From Penicillus capitatus (lineage: Eukaryota; Plantae; Chlorophyta), in contig OZ287717.1 of NCBI GenBank assembly GCA_965649825.1, positions 11,001 through 75,000 on the forward strand: 64,000 bases of DNA, in the 5' to 3' direction. The notes beneath the pieces were generated by a model. That model ran no database searches, was not told where the DNA came from, and was given only the letters and a program-made list of their open reading frames with translations. Below, in pieces: positions 50,901 through 61,394 of this stretch. Position 1 is the stretch's first letter; each line of letters starts with the position of its first letter. A program made the translations under genes and the position numbers.

Positions 50901-53900
50901 CTTTGGGCGGTGTCGTACGGAGTTGAAATCGAGGCCGTTACGTCGCATCAGGTGTAACCTGGCCTGTCAGTACGATCTGGAAGTGCACGATGACGCCGGC
51001 GACACGGTCGAGCGAGGGTGGGAATGTGTCGGCGGGGTCGAGTGGATGCCGACGGACCCTTGGTTGGAGCCCGACGGAGGCGTGCTCGGGCTGTGGCGCG
51101 GCCTTTCCGGATTCGACATTTCGGCACACTGCGGCCGACGGAGGGCCCACCGTCGGCAATCTTCGACGCAGACGGGTGCGGGACGTCTCGGGACACACCG
51201 CGGATGCCAATCGGTGCAAGCTCGTTTGGCTTTGGGCGGTGTCGTACTTGGTTGAAATCGTGGCGGTTACGTCGCATCAGGTGTAACCTGGCCTGTCAGT
51301 ACGATCTGGAAGTGCACGATGACGCCGGCGACACGGTCCAGCGAGGGTGGGAATGTGTCGGCGGGGTCGAGTGGATGCCGACGGACCCTTGGTTGGAGCC
51401 CGACGGCGGCGTTCTCGGGCTGTGGCGCGGCCTTTCCGGATTCGACATTTCGGCACACTGCGGCCGACAAAGGGCCCACCGTCGGCAGACTACAACGCAG
51501 ACGGGTGCGGGACGTCTCGGGACACACCGCGGATGCCGATCGGTGCAAGCTCGTTTGGCTTTGGGCGGTGTCGTACTTGGTTGAAATCGAGGCCGTTACG
51601 TCGCATCAGGTGTAACCTGGCCTGTCAGTACGATCTGGAAGTGCACGATGACGCCGGCAACACGGTCCAGCGAGGGTGGGAATGTGTCGGCGGGGTCGAG
51701 TGGATGCCGACGGACCCTTGGTTGGAGCCCGACGGCGGCGTTCTCGGGCTGTGGCGCGGCCTTTCCGGATTCGACATTTCGGCACACTGCGGCCGACGGA
51801 GGGCCCACCGTCGGCAGACTACAACGCAGACGGGTGCGGGACGCCTCGGGACACACCGCGGATGCCGATCACCGGAGGTTCGTTTAGCTCTGGGCGGTGT
51901 CGTACGGAGTTGAAATCGTGGCGGTTACGTCGCATCAGGTGTAACCTGGCCTGTCAGTACGATCTGGAAGTGCACGATGACGCCGGCGACACGGTCCAGC
52001 GAGGGTGGGAATGTGTCGGCGGGGTCGAGTGGATGCGGACGGACCCTTGGTTGGAGCCCGACGGAGGCGTGCTCGGGCTGTGGGGCGACCTTTCCGGATT
52101 CGACATTTCGGCACACTGCGGCCGACGGAGGGCCCACCGTCGGCAGACTACAACGCAGACGGGTGCGGGACGCCTCGGGACACACCGCGGATGCCGATCA
52201 CCGGAGGTTCGTTTGGCTTTGGGCGGTGTCGTACTTGGTTGAAATCGAGGCCGTTACGTCGCATCAGGTGTAACCTGGCCTGTCAGTACGATCTGGAAGT
52301 GCACGATGACGCCGGCGACACGGTCCAGCGAGGGTGGGAATGTGTCGGCGGGGTCGAGTGGATGCCGACGGACCCTTGGTTGGAGCCCGACGGCGGCGTT
52401 CTCGGGATGTGGCGCGACCTTTCCGGATTCGACATTTCGGCACACTACGGCCGACGGAGGGCCCACCGTCGGCAATCTTCGACGCAGACGGGTGCGGGAC
52501 GCCTCGGGACACACCGCGGATGCCGATCACCGGAGGTTCGTTTTGCTTTGGGCGGTGTCGTACGGAGTTGAAATCGTGGCCGTTACGTCGCATCAGGTGT
52601 AACCTGGCCTGTCAGTACGATCTGGAAGTGCACGATGCCGCCGGCGACACGGTCCAGCGAGGGTGGGAATGTGTCGGCGGGGTCGAGTGGATGCCGACGG
52701 ACCCTTGGTTGGAGCCCGACGGCGGCGTTCTCGGGCTGTGGCGCGACCTTTCCGGATTCGACATTTCGGCACACTGCGGCCGACGGAGGGCCCACCGTCG
52801 GCAGACTACAACGCAGACGGGTGCGGGACGCCTCGGGACACACCGCGGATGCCGATCACCGGAGGTTCGTTTTGCTTTGGGCGGTGTCGTACGGAGTTGA
52901 AATCGAGGCCGTTACGTCGCATCAGGTGTAACCTGGCCTGTCAGTACGATCTGGAAGTGCACGATGACGCCGGCAACACGGTCCAGCGAGGGTGGGAATG
53001 TGTCGGCGGGGTCGAGTGGATGCCGACGGACCCTTGGTTGGAGCCCGACGGCGGCGTTCTCGGGCTGTGGCGCGACCTTTCCGGATTCGACATTTCGGCA
53101 CACTACGGCCGACGGAGGGCCCACCGTCGGCAGACTACAACGCAGACGGGTGCGGGACGTCTCGGGACACACCGCGGATGCCGATCGGTGCAAGCTCGTT
53201 TGGCTTTGGGCGGTGTCGTACTTGGTTGAAATCGTGGCGGTTACGTCGCATCAGGTGTAACCTGGCCTGTCAGTACGATCTGGAAGTGCACGATGACGCC
53301 GGCAACACGGTCCAGCGAGGGTGGGAATGTGTCGGCGGGGTCGAGTGGATGCCGACGGACCCTTGGTTGGAGCCCGACGGCGGCGTTCTCGGGCTGTGGC
53401 GCGGCCTTTCCGGATTCGACATTTCGGCACACTGCGGCCGACAAAGGGCCCACCGTCGGCAGACTACAACGCAGACGGGTGCGGGACGTCTCGGGACACG
53501 TCGCGGATGCCGATCGGTGCAAGCTCGTTTGGCTTTGGGCGGTGTCGTACTTGGTTGAAATCGTGGCGGTTACGTCGCATCAGGTGTAACCTGGCCTGTC
53601 AGTACGATCTGGAAGTGCACGATGACGCCGGCAACACGGTCCAGCGAGGGTGGGAATGTGTCGGCGGGGTCGAGTGGATGCCGACGGACCCTTGGTTGGA
53701 GCCCGACGGCGGCGTTCTCGGGCTGTGGCGCGGCCTTTCCGGATTCGACATTTCGGCACACTGCGGCCGACGGAGGGCCCACCGTCGGCAGACTACAACG
53801 CAGACGGGTGCGGGACGTCTCGGGACACACCGCGGATGCCGATCGGTGCAAGCTCGTTTGGCTTTGGGCGGTGTCGTACTTGGTTGAAATCGAGGCCGTT

Positions 53901-56859
53901 ACGTCGCATCAGGTGTAACCTGGCCTGTCAGTACGATCTGGAAGTGCACGATGACGCCGGCGACACGGTCCAGCGAGGGTGGGAATGTGTCGGCGGGGTC
54001 GAGTGGATGCCGACGGACCCTTGGTTGGAGCCCGACGGCGGCGTTCTCGGGATGTGGCGCGGCCTTTCCGGATTCGACATTTCGGCAGATTGCGGCCGAC
54101 GGAGGGCCCACCGTCGGCAGACTACAACGCAGACGGGTGCGGGACGCCTCGGGACACACCGCGGATGCCGATCACCGGAGGTTCGTTTTGCTTTGGGCGG
54201 TGTCGTACGGAGTTGAAATCGAGGCCGTTACGTCGCATCAGGTGTAACCTGGCCTGTCAGTACGATCTGGAAGTGCACGATGACGCCGGCAACACGGTCC
54301 AGCGAGGGTGGGAATGTGTCGGCGGGGTCGAGTGGATGCCGACGGACCCTTGGTTGGAGCCCGACGGCGGCGTTCTCGGGCTGTGGCGCGGCCTTTCCGG
54401 ATTCGACATTTCGGCACACTGCGGCCGACAAAGGGCCCACCGTCGGCAGACTACAACGCAGACGGGTGCGGGACGTCTCGGGACACACCGCGGATGCCGA
54501 TCGGTGCAAGCTCGTTTGGCTTTGGGCGGTGTCGTACTTGGTTGAAATCGAGGCCGTTACGTCGCATCAGGTGTAACCTGGCCTGTCAGTACGATCTGGA
54601 AGTGCACGATGACGCCGGCGACACGGTCGAGCGAGGGTGGGAATGTGTCGGCGGGGTCGAGTGGATGCCGACGGACCCTTGGTTGGAGCCCGACGGAGGC
54701 GTGCTCGGGCTGTGGCGCGGCCTTTCCGGATTCGACATTTCGGCACACTGCGGCCGACGGAGGGCCCACCGTCGGCAATCTTCGACGCAGACGGGTGCGG
54801 GACGTCTCGGGACACACCGCGGATGCCGATCGGTGCAAGCTCGTTTGGCTTTGGGCGGTGTCGTACTTGGTTGAAATCGTGGCGGTTACGTCGCATCAGG
54901 TGTAACCTGGCCTGTCAGTACGATCTGGAAGTGCACGATGACGCCGGCGACACGGTCCAGCGAGGGTGGGAATGTGTCGGCGGGGTCGAGTGGATGCCGA
55001 CGGACCCTTGGTTGGAGCCCGACGGCGGCGTTCTCGGGCTGTGGCGCGGCCTTTCCGGATTCGACATTTCGGCACACTGCGGCCGACAAAGGGCCCACCG
55101 TCGGCAGACTACAACGCAGACGGGTGCGGGACGTCTCGGGACACGTCGCGGATGCCGATCGGTGCAAGCTCGTTTGGCTTTGGGCGGTGTCGTACTTGGT
55201 TGAAATCGTGGCGGTTACGTCGCATCAGGTGTAACCTGGCCTGTCAGTACGATCTGGAAGTGCACGATGACGCCGGCAACACGGTCCAGCGAGGGTGGGA
55301 ATGTGTCGGCGGGGTCGAGTGGATGCCGACGGACCCTTGGTTGGAGCCCGACGGCGGCGTTCTCGGGCTGTGGCGCGGCCTTTCCGGATTCGACATTTCG
55401 GCACACTGCGGCCGACGGAGGGCCCACCGTCGGCAGACTACAACGCAGACGGGTGCGGGACGTCTCGGGACACACCGCGGATGCCGATCGGTGCAAGCTC
55501 GTTTGGCTTTGGGCGGTGTCGTACTTGGTTGAAATCGAGGCCGTTACGTCGCATCAGGTGTAACCTGGCCTGTCAGTACGATCTGGAAGTGCACGATGAC
55601 GCCGGCGACACGGTCCAGCGAGGGTGGGAATGTGTCGGCGGGGTCGAGTGGATGCCGACGGACCCTTGGTTGGAGCCCGACGGCGGCGTTCTCGGGATGT
55701 GGCGCGGCCTTTCCGGATTCGACATTTCGGCAGATTGCGGCCGACGGAGGGCCCACCGTCGGCAGACTACAACGCAGACGGGTGCGGGACGCCTCGGGAC
55801 ACACCGCGGATGCCGATCACCGGAGGTTCGTTTTGCTTTGGGCGGTGTCGTACGGAGTTGAAATCGAGGCCGTTACGTCGCATCAGGTGTAACCTGGCCT
55901 GTCAGTACGATCTGGAAGTGCACGATGACGCCGGCAACACGGTCCAGCGAGGGTGGGAATGTGTCGGCGGGGTCGAGTGGATGCCGACGGACCCTTGGTT
56001 GGAGCCCGACGGCGGCGTTCTCGGGCTGTGGCGCGGCCTTTCCGGATTCGACATTTCGGCACACTGCGGCCGACAAAGGGCCCACCGTCGGCAGACTACA
56101 ACGCAGACGGGTGCGGGACGTCTCGGGACACACCGCGGATGCCGATCGGTGCAAGCTCGTTTGGCTTTGGGCGGTGTCGTACTTGGTTGAAATCGAGGCC
56201 GTTACGTCGCATCAGGTGTAACCTGGCCTGTCAGTACGATCTGGAAGTGCACGATGACGCCGGCGACACGGTCGAGCGAGGGTGGGAATGTGTCGGCGGG
56301 GTCGAGTGGATGCCGACGGACCCTTGGTTGGAGCCCGACGGAGGCGTGCTCGGGCTGTGGCGCGGCCTTTCCGGATTCGACATTTCGGCACACTGCGGCC
56401 GACAAAGGGCCCACCGTCGGCAGACTACAACGCAGACGGGTGCGGGACGTCTCGGGACACGTCGCGGATGCCGATCGGTGCAAGCTCGTTTGGCTTTGGG
56501 CGGTGTCGTACTTGGTTGAAATCGAGGCCGTTACGTCGCATCAGGTGTAACCTGGCCTGTCAGTACGATCTGGAAGTGCACGATGACGCCGGCGACACGG
56601 TCCAGCGAGGGTGGGAATGTGTCGGCGGGGTCGAGTGGATGCCGACGGACCCTTGGTTGGAGCCCGACGGCGGCGTTCTCGGGCTGTGGCGCGGCCTTTC
56701 CGGATTCGACATTTCGGCACACTGCGGCCGACAAAGGGCCCACCGTCGGCAGACTACAACGCAGACGGGTGCGGGACGCCTCGGGACACACCGCGGATGC
56801 CGATCACCGGAGGTTCGTTTGGCTCTGGGCGGTGTCGTACGGAGTTGAAATCGTGGCGG
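47980..56859. repeat. 329-bp GC/CpG-rich tandem satellite, left block (27 monomers)
   Basis: CAGGTGTAAC recurs at 47988, 48317 and onward every 329 bp; ORF-track starts are spaced by exactly 329; the first monomer is more diverged. Confidence 0.98.
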
Positions 56860-57097
56860 TGACATGGGCAAGTACGTGACGGTGGTAGACGCAACAAAGT
56901 TTCTTACAAAGATAATCAATGTGACAATAATCCTCCTTTTATAGTGTTGGGTTTCATAGGTGCTGAGTAGGTGCTGCGTAGGTTCTGGGTAGGTTCTGAT
57001 GTGACGTGGCCATTAAGAGCTGTTTGGCCATCAGTGCCTCTTACGATGATGAGGCATTTATTGGACCATCATCCTTCAGCTCTTCATCATCATGACA
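56860..57097 (-). repeat. 3' LTR (238 bp)
   Basis: Minus strand TGTCATGATG...GCCCATGTCA; by eye identical to 61157-61394; TATAAAA inside. Confidence 0.95.
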
Positions 57098-57113
57098 ATC
57101 GCTTCCCTGCGCT
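57098..57113 (-). other. Polypurine tract
   Basis: Minus-strand AGCGCAGGGAAGCGAT abutting the 3' LTR; the same sequence precedes the 3' LTR of the old copy (18422-18437). Confidence 0.85.
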
Positions 57114-57149
57114 GAACTCCGATTGAAAAAAACGTCGTGGATGATCGCG

Positions 57150-58030
57150 ATGTGCGAGAAAGGGTTTCGTGGAAGAAGAAGAAGAAACGAAACGGTAAAG
57201 TTAGGAAGAAAATGTATCGTGAATCGTCTACGGTCCGAGCCACTGCGGAGGAAGCTGGTTGCCGTGCGTCTGCGCGTGTTGATTGTCAAAGAGCAGCACC
57301 AGGGAGCCGACTAGGATGTCGGAGCAACGGTGAGAGTGGGGCAGTTGTTGGTGTGGTTGCTGGTGCTGCATCTGGTGATCGATGGCGGTCCAACGAGTTG
57401 CAAGAAGGGCGCGGTGAAAGTGAGTGGCGCGGGAATGAAGTGCGGGAGAGGTTGAGAACCGAAAGCGGTCTGTGCGGCGCTGAGTTTGGTCACCGAGTTC
57501 GGAAGCGCGTTTAGCAGTGCCTGAATCTGGGGAAGAGCTGATGTCCATTTGCCATGAGATTTGAAGGCGTTGTGGACGGCGGATGACGTCTCGGCTGAGA
57601 CGCTCGGAGGTCCCTATGCATTGGTGCGATCACGGGATGGTGCGATCACGGGATGGTGCGATCACGGGATGGTGCGGCGTTGAATTCCTCGGGCCGACAT
57701 CCAATTGGATAACTGATTGCCTACGAGCGCTGAATCGTTGTCTGTCTGCAGACACTCGGGGTTGCCGAAGAGGGCTGTCCAGCGCTCGAGCAGTTTGATG
57801 ATGGATGTCGCTTTGGCTTGCGAGGATGCCGAGAGAAGACAAAATCGTGTGCAGAGGTTCACTGCGGCGATGATATAGTTTGAGGAGCCGTCAGGCTTCA
57901 TGGGGTCGATGACGTCCATGCCTACGCACTGCCTCATAGGTTGCCACGTATTCAATGACTGCGCGACGGGCGAATCGTGGCGGGCAAAGTGTTGGCACTG
58001 GGGTTGGCGTCATCGGGACATCGACCTGTC
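57150..58030 (-). pseudogene. Integrase remnant (CxxC half of HHCC, DDE core, GPY module; no chromodomain)
   Basis: PQCQHFARHDS, CVGMDVI, LQTDND, RTIP, WLGP*TI. Contains frameshifts, stops and a 16-bp triplication before the catalytic Glu. Confidence 0.85.
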
Positions 58031-58189
58031 TTCAGATAGTTTTCCATCTGCAGGTACCACACTGGCCAGCAGTTGTGGTGTGCGGTGGCCGCAAGCGCGG
58101 GAGCTTCGGTCGTCGTTGGTCCTTTCCTGCAGAGAGGTTGAGGGTGTCTAGATGACACTGCACGAGGAAGCTCTGCTCGCTGCTTCGAC

Positions 58190-59340
58190 TCGCTTGTTTG
58201 ACAACGGTGGCGTCAGTGAAGATGGTGAGATGTTTGCCCATGAGCAGGTGCCTGTTTCTTCAGCGCCTCTTTCATTCCGAGTAGCTCAGCGTTGCCACTG
58301 GATCGGAACGGTTCACGTTGGAATCCGCCAGCTCGAAGGCGGAGGAGACGTTTAGAGTCACTGTCGAACAACGCGTACCCAAAGCCATCCTAGCGTCGAC
58401 ATACAGGTCGACATTACGGCCAGCTGCGTCAGACCGGTGATACCAGATGCGGTTGAGAGAGCGGAGGAGGGTGGCCCAGCGGTTGGGATCCTCCGCCCAG
58501 TATCGTTGGATGACTTTGGTATTGGCGTTCGTGAGTTTCGACAGGGCCGCTAAGCTGCGGCGGTCGCACTTGCAAGAGTTCAGCAACGTGCGAAAGAGTC
58601 CCGAAAACGAACGGACTGGGGTCTTCGTTTGAGGCTGCGCTGCATTGAGCGACTGCTGCAGCGGGGCCGCTAAGCTGCGGCGGAGGTCGCACTTGCAATA
58701 GTCCAGCAAGGTACGAAGGAGTCCTGAAAACGATCGGATTGCGGTCTTCGTTGATGCGGCGCTGCAGGGGGCAACTGCTGCAGCGTGCTTTGGAGGGCAA
58801 AACGCCTTCGGGCGTGAAGAGGTGTCCGAGGAGCTCGACCTCGTTAACACCGTCCTGGCACTTCTTCGGAGATGCCGTCCACCGGTATTTGTCATAGACC
58901 GTCAGCAGTTGGAGAACTGCTCTCTCGAGATCTTCTTGTGTCCGTGCTCCTACGCAGACGTCGTCGGCATAGCTCTCGATTGCCGTTCGAGTCTTCTGCT
59001 GCTTCAACTGGTCTCGTGCTTCCGCTATGGTTTCTTGAACATCTTGGTCGAAGAAAGCCATTGAGTTGATCCAACCCATCGGAAGCCGTGTGAAGGCGTA
59101 GGGCTTTCGGTCGGACACGGTGACGAAATACGGCTGGAGGCCATGTGCCAGAGGTATCTGCGAGAATCCGTGTCGGAAATCAAACTGCGCATAGTGGCGC
59201 ATCCCGGACAGGTTCTGAACTGCGCCTTCTCGATGCATGGGCAGCGCGGGACTCCTTGTGGTCAGCGTGTTGAGTCCGCGAAAGTCTAGCACTACTCGCC
59301 GCTCGAGCGAGTTCTTCTTCGGAACAGTAAACCAGGGGAT
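58190..59340 (-). pseudogene. Reverse transcriptase plus RNase H remnant
   Basis: LDFRGLN, FDFRHGFSQI, RLPMGWINS, YADD, SPKKC, LLGH; thumb-like IRSFSGL; RNase H VDLYVDA and GKHLTIFTD. Frameshifted. Confidence 0.9.
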
Positions 59341-59913
59341 GATGTGCTTCGGTTTTCCGTGAAATCGGCTAACGACTCCGGCTTCGATGAGTGCGTCGAT
59401 CTCGTTTCTGCATGCCGTCGTTTCAGCAGCGAACGTGTAGGGAACTTTGGTAAAGACCGAATGTAGTTGCCCTTGTACGTCGCGGATGCCGACCTCCCAT
59501 CCCGAAGAACGTCCAATTTTTCACAAAGTACGTCTGGGAATCGGGCCAGCAGCTGTTCGAGACTGCAGCAGCCAATTTTTAGGCTTCTGCGACAGTATGC
59601 CTGACTGCAAGCGTACTGCCGTTTGGGAAAAGGTGGTCTGTTGCTTCTCAACGGATGTGGGTTTCCGTTGCAATCGCACGCGGTATACTCGACGTCTTGT
59701 CTTGTGGGCACGTCCAAGATCGTCGTTCTTCCAGTTATCTTCACTGGTTCCGCGGCATGGTTGGCGAGCGTTGAGAACGTGTGGTACTGCACACCGAGGT
59801 GTACCGAGTATCGCGGTGCCACGGTCGGAACCCTCTTGTACACGAGTGCGCCGGGGAGCACGTTCGGCGTCTGAGCATCCTGCTCTCTCGTGGTCCGAGC
59901 ACGATTGACCGGT

Positions 59914-60450
59914 TCAACGGCACCTGCAGCCGTTCTTCGGTGATTCTCGGTAGATGATCGACTTTTTCGGTGCAGCGGCATATCTTCTCATGCGCGATCT
60001 CATTGGCCGCCCTTTTGTCGGCTTTCGGTCCTGTGAAGTGGCATTTGACCTGTCGCCTCTGATGCTGATAGATCTGTCGTGGGGATGCGCGGAGATCTTA
60101 CTGTCGATCATCGCGCGCATGCACAGTAGTAGATCGTAGCCGTGCCTCGGTAGTACGAGGCAACTCATGGAGAATTGTTGGTCGGAGGATTGCGCCAGGG
60201 CTGCCTGGAAGTCGCATCGTCCGGTGACCTTCGCGGTCTCTCCATGGGCCAACAGCAGACGGGTCTCGTCTGGCCTGACCTTCACTCCCAGTTCTTTCGC
60301 TCGTGCCGGGGATACAATGGAGGACTCGGCGCCAAAATCAACTAAAGCGTTAATATGGCGTGGATATCCCAAATGGCTCGGGGAGAGGAGACCAAGTTTT
60401 AAAACTCTCCTGGTCTTGGTGACCGCTCTAACGGTGTGTGCGAACTGCAC
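59914..60450 (-). pseudogene. Retropepsin (aspartic protease) domain
   Basis: INALVDFGAESSIVS...AKELG...LLAHG...YDLLL. The catalytic motif reads DFG instead of D(S/T)G. Confidence 0.8.
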
Positions 60451-61150
60451 ATCCTGTTCCGTTGGGTCTTCTTCTGTCTCGCTGATGGTCTCGCAGACGT
60501 GTGCTTCGTTTCCTTTCGGCAGAGACTTCTCTGCGGCGAAGGCACGACGCCCATTCCATTCCTCGACTGGCCTGCTGCTCTTCGTGGCCTTGTCGATGCA
60601 TTGCTCGAATTGTTGATCTTTTGTAAGAACTTCAGCATGTTGAGCGCCTCTCGTCTGGAGGTTCTGCAGATGTCCCTGGCTCCGATCATGATTCTTCCAG
60701 CGTTAGAGATCGCTGAAAAGTTGATCGAGCCGTCGTCGCCGATCACTCTTCCGTCGGCGGCAACGTTGACCAATGGCGTCGTCGCCACATCGGGGTCAAT
60801 AGGATCATGATCTGCGTCCGTTCGCGTCAACATGCTCGACTCCCAGAAGCTAGCGTTCCTGAGGACAGTGGTCATGTCCTCAGTTTTGAGGCGCAGAACC
60901 TCGTCGGCAAAAATAGTGCAAACTATGGCCGCGGGTCCGGCAAAAGGCCTCATTGAATGCTGCCTGCGTTCGAAAGCGCGGTCCGACTCGGTCGAGGACC
61001 CGCTGTATCAGATCGAAGGCAGGCGATCTGGGCTCCACCCTCTGAACCACGTACTTGATGCGAGGGCGGTAATCGTCCTCGACGAAGGCTGCCGAGTTGA
61101 GAAGGGACGTGAACTCCTCACAGTCCATCTTCGAAAGTCGCCGCTCCGAA
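60399..61150 (-). pseudogene. gag-like region, frameshifted and internally deleted
   Basis: MDCEEFTSLLNSAAFVEDDYRPR and VLRNASFWES...GRVIGDDGSINFSAI..AGR.MIGAR are shared with ORF 16287-17219, which has ~85 extra codons between them. Confidence 0.75.
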
Positions 61151-61154
61151 ACCA
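61141..61154 (-). other. Primer-binding site
   Basis: Minus-strand TGGTTTCGGAGCGG, 2 nt after the 5' LTR; the old copy has TGGTTTCGGAGCC. Confidence 0.8.
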
Positions 61155-61156
61155 AT

Positions 61157-61394
61157 TGACATGGGCAAGTACGTGACGGTGGTAGACGCAACAAAGTTTC
61201 TTACAAAGATAATCAATGTGACAATAATCCTCCTTTTATAGTGTTGGGTTTCATAGGTGCTGAGTAGGTGCTGCGTAGGTTCTGGGTAGGTTCTGATGTG
61301 ACGTGGCCATTAAGAGCTGTTTGGCCATCAGTGCCTCTTACGATGATGAGGCATTTATTGGACCATCATCCTTCAGCTCTTCATCATCATGACA
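61157..61394 (-). repeat. 5' LTR (238 bp)
   Basis: Identical by eye to 56860-57097; followed on the minus strand by AT and the PBS. Confidence 0.95.

Larger units (their letters stand above)
56860..61394 (-). mobile_element. Young but coding-defective Ty3/gypsy LTR retrotransposon (4,535 bp) inserted in the satellite
   Basis: Identical 238-bp TG...CA LTRs; TSD GCGG at 56856-56859 and 61395-61398; PBS and PPT present; domain order gag-PR-RT-RH-IN. Satellite phase across the insert is offset by exactly 329+4539. Confidence 0.97.

Noticed and set aside
56856-56860. 5-bp TSD GCGGT
   Set aside because: The T at 56860 is also present at the start of the other LTR copy (61157) and completes the TG...CA termini. 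Array phase arithmetic (4535+4) fits a 4-bp TSD.
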